Source: Dehalococcoidia bacterium (GTDB lineage Bacteria > Chloroflexota > Dehalococcoidia > Lucifugimonadales > UBA3495). Taken from it: DNA of 64,000 bases. This document shows, piece after piece, positions 52,797 through 62,641 of this stretch. The stretch lies in NCBI GenBank assembly GCA_965201145.1, contig CBDAVT010000001.1, forward strand, positions 106-64,105, written 5' to 3'. Under the pieces are notes generated by a model that ran no database searches, was not told where the DNA came from, and was given only the letters and a program-made list of their open reading frames with translations. Position numbers and translations under genes: made by a program. How positions within the stretch are numbered: the first letter of the stretch is position 1; every line of letters begins with the position of its first letter.

Positions 52797-53992
52797 CCAC
52801 CGACAAAAGCAGCAGCGAATGGATTGCCATCGAGAACAAGTACTACGCACAAACGGTGCGCCGTCAGCCCGTCGTAATCGTCCGGGGCGAAGGCTCCCGG
52901 GTCTGGGACGCGGACGGCAAGGAATATCTGGACTTTGTGGCCGGCTGGGCCGTAGATAACCTGGGACATTCCCATCCAGCCGTTACCCAGGCCATCGTGG
53001 AGCAGGCCGGTACTCTACTTCAAACTTCCAATCAGTTTTACACCGTACCCCAACTGCTGCTGGCCGAGCTGCTGGTGGAGAACAGCTGCCTGGATCGGGT
53101 TTTCTTTGGCAACAGCGGCGCCGAGGCCAATGAAGGCGCCCTGAAGCTGGCCCGCCGCTACGGCAAGCAGAACCGGGACGGCGCCTACGAGGTAATCACC
53201 GCCTACAACTCTTTCCACGGGCGCACTATGACCACGGTAGCCGCCACCGGTCAGCCACACTACCAGGAAGCCTTCCAGCCCCTGCCGCCGGGCTTTGTCC
53301 ACGTGGACTATAACGATGTGGAAGCAATTATGAACGCCACCACCGACCGAACCGCCGCCGTGATGGTGGAGCCGGTTCAGGGCGAGGGTGGGGTGAATAT
53401 CCCTGACGCCGATTATTTGCAGCGCGTGCGCCAGTGGTGCGACAGCCAGGGCCTGCTCCTCATTCTCGACGAGGTACAGACCGGTATGGGTCGGTTGGGC
53501 AGCCTCTTCGGTTACCAGGAATACGGAGTCGAGCCGGACGTGATTACCCTGGCCAAGGGCCTGGGCTACGGCGTTCCTATAGGGGCCTTTATGTCGAAAG
53601 AGGCGGCTATGGCCCTGGTGCCCGGCGACCACGGTTCCACCTTTGGCGGCAATGCCCTGACCACCGCTGCCGCCTACGCCGGCTTCAAGTTCCTGATTGA
53701 CAATGACATCCCGGCCTACGTCAAAGATATGGAGCCGGTACTGCTGGGTCGGCTGAACGACCTGAAGTCCCGCTTCTCCTTCATTTCCGATGTACGGGGC
53801 AAGGGTCTGCTGGCCGCCCTGGAATTTGACCAGGACATATCCGGGCGAGTCCTGGCCAATGCCAACGAATCGGGAATCCTGCTGAATGGGGTCAAACCCA
53901 ACGCCGTGCGGTTTATGCCCCCCCTGAACATTACCCCGGCAGAAATTGACGAGGGCATCGGACGGCTGGAGCAGGCCTTGGAGCAGATTTAA
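52793..53992 (+). CDS. argD: Acetylornithine aminotransferase
   Basis: NSGAEANE, SFHGRT, DEVQTG, LAKGL, HGSTFGGN. Confidence 0.93.
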   Translation: MTTDKSSSEWIAIENKYYAQTVRRQPVVIVRGEGSRVWDADGKEYLDFVAGWAVDNLGHSHPAVTQAIVEQAGTLLQTSNQFYTVPQLLLAELLVENSCLDRVFFGNSGAEANEGALKLARRYGKQNRDGAYEVITAYNSFHGRTMTTVAATGQPHYQEAFQPLPPGFVHVDYNDVEAIMNATTDRTAAVMVEPVQGEGGVNIPDADYLQRVRQWCDSQGLLLILDEVQTGMGRLGSLFGYQEYGVEPDVITLAKGLGYGVPIGAFMSKEAAMALVPGDHGSTFGGNALTTAAAYAGFKFLIDNDIPAYVKDMEPVLLGRLNDLKSRFSFISDVRGKGLLAALEFDQDISGRVLANANESGILLNGVKPNAVRFMPPLNITPAEIDEGIGRLEQALEQI

Positions 53993-54028
53993 GGTCAGGA
54001 ATCCTGGTTTCGGAGGTAAATCACACCG

Positions 54029-55216
54029 ATGGCAAATGACAAAATCGTGCTGGCCTACAGCGGCGGGCTGGATACCTCGGTAGCCGTGCCCTGGCTGAAA
54101 GAGGAGTACGGCGCCGACATCATTACCCTCACCATGGACTTGGGCATGGTGGACCTGGCGGCCATTCAGGAACGGGCGATGCAGGTAGGAGCGGCCAAGG
54201 CCCTGACGGTGGACGCCCGGGAAACGCTGGTTAACGAGTTCCTGTTTCCCGCGCTGCAAGCCGGGGCCATCTACGAAGAGCAATATCCGCTGGCTACCGC
54301 CCTGGGCCGTCCCCTGATTGCCCGATGCCTGGTGGAGGCGGCCCGGGCCGAAGGCGCCTTCGCCGTGGCCCACGGCTGCACCGGCAAGGGCAATGACCAG
54401 GTACGCATCGACGTCGGCGTCGCCGCCCTGGCCCCGGAGTTGAGGGTCATTGCCCCCATACGGGACTGGGGGATGCGCCGGGAAGATGAGATTGAGTACG
54501 CTCAGGCCCGCAACCTGCCCATCAACGCCAGCAAGAGCCGGTTTTCCGTGGACGAGAACTTGTGGGGCCGCAGCGCCGAGGCCGGAGAACTGGAAGACCC
54601 CTGGCTGGAACCGCCGGAGGACGCCTACGAATGGACTCAGCCGGTCAGCAATACCCCGGATGAACCCGTTTACGTGGAAATTAACTTCCAGGAAGGGCTA
54701 CCCACCGCCCTGGACGGCGAAACTATGTCGGGAGTGGACTTAATCCGACACCTGAACACATTGGCCGGCCAGCACGGGGTAGGGAGAGTTGACCACGTTG
54801 AGAACCGATTGGTGGGCATCAAGTCCCGGGAGGTGTACGAAACCCCGGCAGCCGTCGTCCTGCACGCCGCGCATAAGGCCCTGGAAACGCTGACTTTGAG
54901 CAAAGACCAGGCCCGCACCAAAGCCCGCATCGCTCAGGAGTACGCCGATATGGTGTATAACGGCCTGTGGTTCACCCACCACCGCCTGGACCTGGATGCC
55001 TACATTCGCAGCACCCAACGCTACGTTTCCGGCGACGTAAGGGTACGGCTGCACAAAGGAACCTGCACCGTAGCCGGGCGGACTGCGCCGCAAGCCTTGT
55101 ACAACTACAGCCTGGCTACCTACGACCGGGAAGACGAGTTCGACCACTCGGCCGCCGCCGGCTTCATCAACATCTACGGCCTGCCGGTGCGGACGCAAAA
55201 TCAGGCGCAAAAATAA
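54029..55216 (+). CDS. argG: Argininosuccinate synthase
   Basis: AYSGGLDTS, HGCTGKGNDQ, ENRLVGIKSRE. Confidence 0.97.
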   Translation: MANDKIVLAYSGGLDTSVAVPWLKEEYGADIITLTMDLGMVDLAAIQERAMQVGAAKALTVDARETLVNEFLFPALQAGAIYEEQYPLATALGRPLIARCLVEAARAEGAFAVAHGCTGKGNDQVRIDVGVAALAPELRVIAPIRDWGMRREDEIEYAQARNLPINASKSRFSVDENLWGRSAEAGELEDPWLEPPEDAYEWTQPVSNTPDEPVYVEINFQEGLPTALDGETMSGVDLIRHLNTLAGQHGVGRVDHVENRLVGIKSREVYETPAAVVLHAAHKALETLTLSKDQARTKARIAQEYADMVYNGLWFTHHRLDLDAYIRSTQRYVSGDVRVRLHKGTCTVAGRTAPQALYNYSLATYDREDEFDHSAAAGFINIYGLPVRTQNQAQK

Positions 55217-55239
55217 ACCTGGCGGAAGCGGACAACGAT

Positions 55240-55467
55240 ATGAACGAAGTAATGACCTGGCCGGAAATAGAAGCCGCCTTTGACTCGGAATGGATTCTGG
55301 TGGACGCCACGGAGTGTACCCGGTCCCACGAAATCATCAAAGGCAGGGTTGTTTTTCATAGTCCGGATCGGAAAGAGGTCTATCGGAAGCTGAAAGAGCT
55401 GCCACGACTGCACCATGCTGTCAGGTATATTGGCAAGCATCCGAAAGACATTGTGTTTGCTCTGTGA
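55240..55467 (+). CDS. Small hypothetical protein (DUF5678-like)
   Basis: 75 aa MNEVMTWPEIEAAFDSEWILV...GRVVFHSPDRKEVY; stop overlaps the next start (GTGA). Confidence 0.65.
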   Translation: MNEVMTWPEIEAAFDSEWILVDATECTRSHEIIKGRVVFHSPDRKEVYRKLKELPRLHHAVRYIGKHPKDIVFAL

Positions 55468-55847
55468 GTGTATTTTTCGACCCGTCCGGGACATTTATAC
55501 CAATCCCAGTCCAATTTTTTCGTTTAGATAAGTACGTCTCGGTCCGGTTGGCGCTGGATACCGGCGCAACCCAAACGCTTATCGGCAAAGATATAGTGGA
55601 GGCGTTGGGATATGATGTCGAGGCGGCCCCCGTGATGAGACAAATTACCACTGCCAGTGGCGTGGAAACCACGCCGGTCGTAAACATTGAACGAGTCAAG
55701 GCATTGGAACAAGAGCGTTTGGATCTGCCAGTTATTTGCTATAACCTGCCATCTGGTATCCCTTTTGACGGCCTGATTGGTTTGGATTTCTTTCGAGGCC
55801 AGCGGCTTGCCATAGACTTTCGTGAAGGACTTATAGCCCTGGACTAG
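55464..55847 (+). CDS. Retropepsin-like (clan AA) aspartic protease
   Basis: LALDTGA catalytic motif, TASG flap, GLIGLDF. Confidence 0.88.
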   Translation: MSVFFDPSGTFIPIPVQFFRLDKYVSVRLALDTGATQTLIGKDIVEALGYDVEAAPVMRQITTASGVETTPVVNIERVKALEQERLDLPVICYNLPSGIPFDGLIGLDFFRGQRLAIDFREGLIALD

Positions 55848-55883
55848 ACTCACCAACGACCTGTAGCAGTATCCGGAGGACTT

Positions 55884-57050
55884 ATGACCTTAGCCGAGCG
55901 AATGAACAACCTGGGCACCGAGACCGCTTTCGAGGTATTAGCCAAGGCGCGCGCGCTGGAAGCTCAGGGAAGAGAAATCATCCATCTTGAGATTGGCGAA
56001 CCGGACTTTGACACGCCCCGACACATCGTCGACGCCGGGGTTCGCGCCCTGCAAGAAGGCTATACCCATTACGGTCCAACGCCGGGTTTGCCCGAGCTGC
56101 GCGAGGCCATCGCCCGCAACAGTCGGAAAGTACGCGGTATCGACACCGACCCGGGGCAGGTAGTAGTTACACCCGGGGCCAAACCGATTATGTTCTACGT
56201 CATCCTGGCCCTGGCGGAACCCGGGGCGGAAGTGATTTACCCTAATCCCGGATTCCCGATTTATGAATCGATGATCCGCTTTTCCGGCGCCACTCCGGTT
56301 CCCATGCAGTTGCTGGAAGAAAAGAATTATCACCCGGATTTGGACGACCTGGCGAACAAGATTACCGACCGCACCCGTCTGATAATCATCAATTCCCCGG
56401 AGAATCCCTGCGGTTCAGCGCAGAGTCGGGATGAGTTGGAGACTATCGCCAACCTGGCCCGGGGCCGCAACCTTTACGTGATGGCCGACGAGATCTACAA
56501 GGACATTCTCTACACCGGCGAACACTTCAGCATCGCGGCTTTCCCGGATCTGGCCCGGCAGACGGTTATTCTGGACGGATTCTCCAAGAGCTACGCAATG
56601 ACCGGATGGCGGCTGGGCTACGGCATAATGCCCGAAGAGTTGGTACCGCATATAACGCGGTTGGCGGTCAACAGCGTTTCCTGCGCCGCCTCCTTCAGCC
56701 AGCGCGCCGCTGTCGCCGCTCTGGATGGCCCCCAGGATGAGGTTCAGGCCATGATTGCCGAGTTTGCCCAGCGCCGCCGCCTCATTGCCGACGGCCTGCG
56801 CAGTATCCCCGGCATAAACTGTCCGGAACCGGAAGGCGCATTTTACGTATTCCCCAGTATTAAGGAAACGGGTATCAGCAGCAGCGAGTTCGAGAACCGG
56901 GCTTTGAACGAGGCCGGCGTAGCCCTGCTGTCCGGCTCCGCCTTTGGCGCTTACGGCGAAGGGTATGTCCGCCTGTCCTACGCCAACTCCCAGGAAAACA
57001 TCGCCAAAGCACTGGAACGCCTGGCCGAGTTTGTGGGCAATCTGGTATAG
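55884..57050 (+). CDS. Class I/II PLP-dependent aminotransferase (aspartate aminotransferase-like)
   Basis: GEPDFDTP, DEIY, GFSKSYAMTGWRLG. Confidence 0.93.
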   Translation: MTLAERMNNLGTETAFEVLAKARALEAQGREIIHLEIGEPDFDTPRHIVDAGVRALQEGYTHYGPTPGLPELREAIARNSRKVRGIDTDPGQVVVTPGAKPIMFYVILALAEPGAEVIYPNPGFPIYESMIRFSGATPVPMQLLEEKNYHPDLDDLANKITDRTRLIIINSPENPCGSAQSRDELETIANLARGRNLYVMADEIYKDILYTGEHFSIAAFPDLARQTVILDGFSKSYAMTGWRLGYGIMPEELVPHITRLAVNSVSCAASFSQRAAVAALDGPQDEVQAMIAEFAQRRRLIADGLRSIPGINCPEPEGAFYVFPSIKETGISSSEFENRALNEAGVALLSGSAFGAYGEGYVRLSYANSQENIAKALERLAEFVGNLV

Positions 57051-57062
57051 GGTTGGGGATAG

Positions 57063-57462
57063 ATGGTTAGCCAAGGAGCAATAGCGCCGACGGAACGAGT
57101 GATGGTGTTTATTGACGGCAGTAACTTTTATCATTTATTTAGCTAGAATACCCAACTTCGAACTAAAATTGGGACAACTGGTGTATCCTCCCAATCCGCC
57201 GGGGGCGACTCCTTATGAAAAGGGAGTAGATGTCAGACTCGCTACCGATATGCTGGTTCATGCTGCCCGCAACAACTATGATACTGCTATATTGGTTAGC
57301 GGCGACGCAGATTTTGCCGATATGGTTCAAGCGGTCAAGGACTGGGGCAAAAACGTGAAGATAGTTCTGTTTGGCCGAGACGGGTCCCGGGTACTTAGGG
57401 ACGTAGCGGACAGAATAATTGAAGTGGACCCTTCGTTTCTCGATGACTGCTGGAGACAATGA
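57063..57462 (+). pseudogene. NYN (LabA/DUF88) ribonuclease-domain gene with internal deletion and frameshift
   Basis: One frame reads MVSQGAIAPTERVMVFIDGSNFYHLFS* (57063-57146). A second frame carries EKGVDV and LVSGDADF. The central part of the domain is missing. Confidence 0.82.
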
Positions 57463-57570
57463 TAAGGGTTGCTCAGGCAACCCTTAACTTATCAAAAGCC
57501 CAAGTTTGGCGAGCAAACTTGGGGAGGTAAGAAACCCAGGTTTGGCGAGCAAGCCTGGGGAGGTAAGACA
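57463..57570 (-). ncRNA. Predicted small RNA of two 36-nt hairpin repeats plus a terminal hairpin
   Basis: Repeats start at 57499 and 57535; hairpin at 57463-57486; the upstream minus-strand promoter predicts a start at the repeat edge. Confidence 0.55.
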
Positions 57571-57575
57571 GGAAC

Positions 57576-57604
57576 ATCATACTATACCGGCAGTGCGAGG
57601 TCAA
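57576..57604 (-). promoter_or_regulatory. Sigma70 promoter firing into the repeats, convergent with NYN
   Basis: TTGACC-N17-TATGAT on the minus strand with no plausible ORF downstream. Confidence 0.65.
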
Positions 57605-57752
57605 CAACCAGATTAAGGCGATCCAGTCTTATCTATAACTGAGTCAAGGTTCTGTACGACTGGCCGGAATGCACCTCATTCCCTTTTGCGCTATACTACC
57701 GGAGCGGCTACCCCTTAAATCATAGACCATTCCTTGTTACCAGGAGTGTAGT

Positions 57753-58886
57753 ATGGACCTGGGCTTGACCGAAATTCAACAGATGCTCAAAAACAGCGCC
57801 AGAGAGTTCCTTAATCAGGAATGTCCGCTGACCCTGGTGCGAGAGATGGAAGAAGATTCCCGGGGATACACCGACGAACTTTGGCGGCAGATTGCCGGAC
57901 TGGGTTGGCCCGGCGTCGCCTTCCCGGAACGGTATGGCGGCACCGGCGGCGCTTTCCTGGATTTGGCCGTTTTGCTGGAGGAAATCGGGCGCTCCCTTAC
58001 CCCCGGCCCCTTCTTTTCTACGGTGGTGCTGGGCGGCCTCACTATTCTGGATGCCGGGACTGATGCCCAGAAGCAGGACATCCTGCCCCGGATATGCAGC
58101 GGTCAACTGCTGCTGACCCTGGCCCTGACCGAATCCTCAGCCACTTATGAGGCTTGGGGGATAGAGACTACCGCCACCCGGGAAGGCGACTCCTTCCGGA
58201 TTAGCGGCCGGAAACTCTTCGTACCCGATGCCCACGCTGCCGACTTAATCCTGGTGGCGGCCCGCACTGCCCAATCCGGCGAACCCGATGCAGGCATTAC
58301 GCTGTTCATCATTCCCTCCGACAGTCCGGGGGTGACAATTAACCAGTTGAGCACCATATCTTCCGACCGCCAGTGTGAAATTTCCCTGGATGATGTCGCA
58401 GTCTCCGCCTCTGCTGTGGTGGGCGAAGTGGATAATGGCTGGCCGGTTATCCAGCGAACGCTGCACCGAGCCGTCGCCGGCAAGTGCATCGAAATGCTGG
58501 GCGGCGCCGATGCGGTGCTGGAAATGACGGTGGAGTACGCCAAACAGCGTACCCAGTTCGGGCGACCGGTGGGTACATTCCAGGCGGTGCAGCACCATTG
58601 CGCCAATATGGCTACCGACGTGGAGGGCTGTCGCCAGATTGCTTACCAGGCGGCCTGGAAAGTGTCGGAAGGCGAGGACGCCATCCGGGAGGTCGCTATG
58701 GCTAAAGCCTGGGTCAGCAGCGCCTACCAGCGGGTATGCAACCTGGCCCACCAGTGCCACGGCGCTATCGGATTCACTAAAGAACACGACCTGCAGCTCT
58801 ACACCCGCCGGGCCAAGGTGCAGGAACTGACCTACGGGGACGTGAATTTTCACAAGGAACTGGCCATGCGGCAACTGGAGGCTTAA
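57753..58886 (+). CDS. Acyl-CoA dehydrogenase family protein
   Basis: PERYGG, ALTE, ISGRKLFV, RTQFGRPVGTFQAVQH, QCHGAIG. Confidence 0.92.
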   Translation: MDLGLTEIQQMLKNSAREFLNQECPLTLVREMEEDSRGYTDELWRQIAGLGWPGVAFPERYGGTGGAFLDLAVLLEEIGRSLTPGPFFSTVVLGGLTILDAGTDAQKQDILPRICSGQLLLTLALTESSATYEAWGIETTATREGDSFRISGRKLFVPDAHAADLILVAARTAQSGEPDAGITLFIIPSDSPGVTINQLSTISSDRQCEISLDDVAVSASAVVGEVDNGWPVIQRTLHRAVAGKCIEMLGGADAVLEMTVEYAKQRTQFGRPVGTFQAVQHHCANMATDVEGCRQIAYQAAWKVSEGEDAIREVAMAKAWVSSAYQRVCNLAHQCHGAIGFTKEHDLQLYTRRAKVQELTYGDVNFHKELAMRQLEA

Positions 58887-58983
58887 GCAACCGGGGGAAT
58901 TTAGAATCTCTTTGTCAGCCAACTGAAAAAGTCCGGATATCCGGCCGGCCGGCAGTCCAATATCACCGGGGAGAGAGGACAGG

Positions 58984-59331
58984 ATGACTACCAGTGAATG
59001 TATTTTTTGCGGAATGGCCCGCAACGCCACTCACGAATCGGTAATTTATCGCGACGAACGGGCCTTTGCGGTCAAGGACATTAACCCCAAGGCCGCTGTC
59101 CACCTCCTGATTATTCCCAATATGCACCTCAATTCCCTGGCCTACATTGGCCCGGGGCAGATACCGATTATGGGCCACCTTTTCGTCGTGGCCGAGGAGA
59201 TGGCCCGGCGGGAAGGCGTGGCTCTGAGCGGCTACCGCCTGACCCTCAACCAGGGCCCGGACTCAGGGCAGGAGATAGCCCACTTGCATCTGCACCTGCT
59301 GGCCGGTCAGCCCCTGGGCGCTATGGGGTAG
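58984..59331 (+). CDS. HIT-family nucleotide hydrolase (HinT-like)
   Basis: CIFC, DINP, GQEIAHLHLHLL. Confidence 0.93.
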   Translation: MTTSECIFCGMARNATHESVIYRDERAFAVKDINPKAAVHLLIIPNMHLNSLAYIGPGQIPIMGHLFVVAEEMARREGVALSGYRLTLNQGPDSGQEIAHLHLHLLAGQPLGAMG

Positions 59332-59490
59332 AGTCCCCGCCCGGCGTATCCCGACCTTGGCTAAGGAACCGGCACGCCTTTTCCCGCTGCGGTAGCCTGA
59401 CCGGACAGGTATTTCAACTTAGCGAAAACTGGAAGGACCGGGTCTTGCGGTAAATCCCCGCTTAATTGTGGAGCTGACCGGAGAGAATGT

Positions 59491-60099
59491 ATGCTATCTC
59501 GAACGGAAACCGATTTAGAAGCTCGCATACGCCGACGGGTAGAGTCTCTGCCGGCCGGATTGCAGGCCCATATTGCCCGGGCCCAGGAAGTGGCGCGGGA
59601 TCTGGCCTCCTATCATAACGTCGATGCTGATCGGGCGGCCTTGGGAATTTTGGCCCACGACGTCGCCCGCGCGATGACCGGCCTCGAACTGCTGGAGCAG
59701 GCTAACCGATTCCAGCTGCCAATTCGGCCGGTGGAAGCGCAAATTCCCCTGCTGCTCCACGGCCCAGTAGGGGCGGAAATTCTGCGGGCCGAAGACGGTC
59801 TAGCCTCAGCCGGATGTGAAGCAGACCTGTATCAAGCCGTTTACTGGCACACTACTTTCCACCCATCCCTGGTGGATGAAATGGGCAAGGTGGTTTTCCT
59901 GGCCGACAAGCTGGACCCCAACAAGCGCAAGCGCATTCCTTACCAGCCAGAGATTATGGAGATTGCCCGACAGGACCTGGATGCGGCAATTCTGGAGTTC
60001 CTGGAGCGGCAGCTAATTGACCTGGCGGCGCAGAACAAGGCAGCCCACCCGATGATGCTGGAAGCTCGGAATGCACTGCGCTTCCGCATATCGTCCTGA
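59491..60099 (+). CDS. HD-domain phosphohydrolase, YqeK-like
   Basis: AHI, LAHDVAR, LLHGPVGA, WHT, FLADK. Confidence 0.8.
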   Translation: MLSRTETDLEARIRRRVESLPAGLQAHIARAQEVARDLASYHNVDADRAALGILAHDVARAMTGLELLEQANRFQLPIRPVEAQIPLLLHGPVGAEILRAEDGLASAGCEADLYQAVYWHTTFHPSLVDEMGKVVFLADKLDPNKRKRIPYQPEIMEIARQDLDAAILEFLERQLIDLAAQNKAAHPMMLEARNALRFRISS

Positions 60100-60156
60100 A
60101 GGCCGCCCCCACCTGAACAATGCGGAAGTCTCCCCCAAAGACAGCCGGAAGCTCGG

Positions 60157-61224
60157 CTACAGGCCGCTATAATTCACGAAGGCGTTAAGCGCTTCCAGCG
60201 ATGTATAGCTAAAGCGATATTTCAGGGTCTGCTTGACCTTGCCCGTACCCATTACAATGGAATATCGCGACCGGTTAATATGCCAGGCGCCGTCGTAGGT
60301 GTGGCCCAGCAGATGTTTCAGATTTTGCCTGGAACGTTCCACCCGCGACCGGCTTTGCCGCGGCGGCATTCTCTCCCGCCAGCCCCTATCGTTGATTGCG
60401 GTCCAGGCGTATCCCATTCGAGTAATTGGCCCCGCCAGGAAAACCGGCAAGCGGGTCAGCTTGCGGCGGGTAATGTCGGCCAGCTCATTGAAAAAAACTA
60501 TTCCCTCGCCGGCTACGTTAAACAGGCCTTCGGCTTCCTGTTGAATGACATCTTCCAACACTTGCGCCAGGTCCACTTCGTGGATGAACTGAAATGTCGG
60601 ATTTTCACCCACTCCCCAAAAACGGTGCGGGAACATACGCACAGCCCGTTCGTGGTCATCCGAGTACCCCAGAACGGTGCAGACTCGCAAGATTGTCACC
60701 AGCGTTTTTGCCCCGTCCGCTTCCTTTTCCCGGGTCGCCCCAAATTCCCGCATCTGCCGGTCGGCGGCCAGACAGGCTTGGCCCAGGAGGTCATCCGGTT
60801 CTCTGGGGATGGGATAAGTTTCCGCTATCGGAACAGGGCTGTCGGCAAAGGCTCCGTAAACGGTGTAAGAACTCATAAATATGATGTGCCTCACACCGGC
60901 GCTGACGCAGGACTTCCAGGTCGCATTCAGTATCTTCAGATTTTGCCGGACTGCCTCGGGCCAGTTCTGGAAAGAGTTCGTGTGGGAATAAGGACAGGCC
61001 AGGTGCACCAGGGTATCCACCTGATGCTCGCGCAGCATTCGGTCGATCGGCTCGGACACATCCGTCTGGTAGAAGGATATATTGCGGATGGGGTAGGGCA
61101 ACGGCTTTTCGTCGAAAGCCACTATCTTGCTGACATTCGGATTTACCTCCAGATGCAGCAGCAGTTGAGTGCCAATGTAACCGGAAGCCCCGGTAATGGC
61201 GACTACTTTAGGCGCACCGGGCAT
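60157..61224 (-). CDS. NAD-dependent epimerase/dehydratase family protein
   Basis: ITGASGYIG, HLA, SSYTVYGA, QFIHEVD; the catalytic YxxxK appears degenerate. Confidence 0.8.
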   Translation of the reverse strand: MPGAPKVVAITGASGYIGTQLLLHLEVNPNVSKIVAFDEKPLPYPIRNISFYQTDVSEPIDRMLREHQVDTLVHLACPYSHTNSFQNWPEAVRQNLKILNATWKSCVSAGVRHIIFMSSYTVYGAFADSPVPIAETYPIPREPDDLLGQACLAADRQMREFGATREKEADGAKTLVTILRVCTVLGYSDDHERAVRMFPHRFWGVGENPTFQFIHEVDLAQVLEDVIQQEAEGLFNVAGEGIVFFNELADITRRKLTRLPVFLAGPITRMGYAWTAINDRGWRERMPPRQSRSRVERSRQNLKHLLGHTYDGAWHINRSRYSIVMGTGKVKQTLKYRFSYTSLEALNAFVNYSGL

Positions 61225-62632
61225 AAGAGTCCGACCTCCGACTTCGAATGACCGCTTGCGCCGCGCGGTATCCACTGCGAACTGCCCCCTCCATTGTGGA
61301 AGGCCAGCCGGTGTTAGTCCACTCGCCGGCCAGGAAGAAGTTGGGGATTGGTGTAACCGGATCCGGGCGCAGTCGGTTAGCCCCCGGCAGACATCTGAAG
61401 GTAGCTTCCCTCTGTTTCACCACAGTTACGCTCTCAATCTGAGCTTCCCTGGCCGCTGGAAAGACCTGGGCCATTTCGTCCACAAAGGTTTGAGTCAATT
61501 CTTCCCGGGATAATCCGGCATACTCCCAGGCGGCGCTAACCGATATGGTGAGCAACTGTTTCCCCCGGTCGCGTCCCGCCCCGGAAATGGCGCTGCGGTT
61601 GAACACCCATTGCAACGGGCTGTCAACCAGGACGCAAAAGGGCTCCTGCAAAACCGGGCGGTCATACAAAATATGCAAATTGATTATGGGGGACCACTGT
61701 AAATCTCCGATACTGCTGAAAGGTGACCGCGCCAGCGTCGACGGCGGTAAGATACGCTGCAAGGCGGAGAAAGGCAAGGCGCTGACAAACTGTCCGCCGG
61801 TCACCTGCCGGCCGGAAGCCAGTTCCACGCTTTCTACCTTATCCGGAACCGAATCAGGGGAGGCCGCCAGCCTAATCCGGGAAACCGGAGATCCCAGCAG
61901 CAGGCGCACTCCCCTGGACTCCAACAGCTTTTGCGCCGGCTCTCCCAGGGATGGCAGGAGTTCCGCCGTGGCGTAGCCCAGATTAGCGTCGTTAGCTCCG
62001 GCCAGCATTCCATCCTGGACAATCATCAACCCCATAGCTGCGCTGACGTCGCGAACGTTGTCGTTCAAGGTGGGTTCCACCGCCAGATTCCAGAGATTGT
62101 TGATCCCTCGTTCCGACTGGCCCTGCTCCCGCAGCCATTGGTAGAAAGTTATCCGCTCCAGCCGGGGATTGGTTCGGTTGGTCAACCGGGCCCGCACCAT
62201 TCCGGCCAGCACTCGCATCTTGTCAATAGCGCCCAAGTGGGGATAGGTCAGGAAAGAGGGGAGCAGGTGCAGCGGCGATGGTAATCGAGAGCCGGCCAGC
62301 CGACCAGCCCGCCCCCGGCGACTCAACACCGGGATGCGCAGGCGTTCCTGCAGCACCCACCGGTCCCGAGCGCCGATTCGCGTCAGAAAGTCCAGGAACT
62401 GGGTGCAGCAGCCAATAAATACGTGCTGGCCGTTATCCAGAGGCCAGCCAGCGCCCCGGTCGGTGAAGGAAAAAGCGCGGCCGCCCAGGAATCCTCTGGT
62501 CTCTATCAGCGTTACCTGACAGCCGGCATCCAGCAAATCCAGGGTGGCTGCAATGCCGGCAATTCCCCCACCCAAAACGACGACATCGCGGCTCGGGACG
62601 GCTGACACCGGGTTAAAATCGGGAGCAGACAC
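61208..62632 (-). CDS. hpnE: Hydroxysqualene dehydroxylase HpnE
   Basis: GGGIAG, LGGRAFSF, LDNGQH, AGEWTNTGWPSTMEGAVRSG; adjacent to hpnCD. Confidence 0.88.
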   Translation of the reverse strand: MSAPDFNPVSAVPSRDVVVLGGGIAGIAATLDLLDAGCQVTLIETRGFLGGRAFSFTDRGAGWPLDNGQHVFIGCCTQFLDFLTRIGARDRWVLQERLRIPVLSRRGRAGRLAGSRLPSPLHLLPSFLTYPHLGAIDKMRVLAGMVRARLTNRTNPRLERITFYQWLREQGQSERGINNLWNLAVEPTLNDNVRDVSAAMGLMIVQDGMLAGANDANLGYATAELLPSLGEPAQKLLESRGVRLLLGSPVSRIRLAASPDSVPDKVESVELASGRQVTGGQFVSALPFSALQRILPPSTLARSPFSSIGDLQWSPIINLHILYDRPVLQEPFCVLVDSPLQWVFNRSAISGAGRDRGKQLLTISVSAAWEYAGLSREELTQTFVDEMAQVFPAAREAQIESVTVVKQREATFRCLPGANRLRPDPVTPIPNFFLAGEWTNTGWPSTMEGAVRSGYRAAQAVIRSRRSDSYARCA

Positions 62633-62641
62633 TGACCGAGC

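Noticed and set aside
53015-54373. 452-aa minus-strand ORF
   Set aside because: Antisense shadow of argD/argG.
57499-57568. 36-bp palindromic repeats as a CRISPR array
   Set aside because: Only two units, directly abutting with no unique spacers, and no cas genes in the window.
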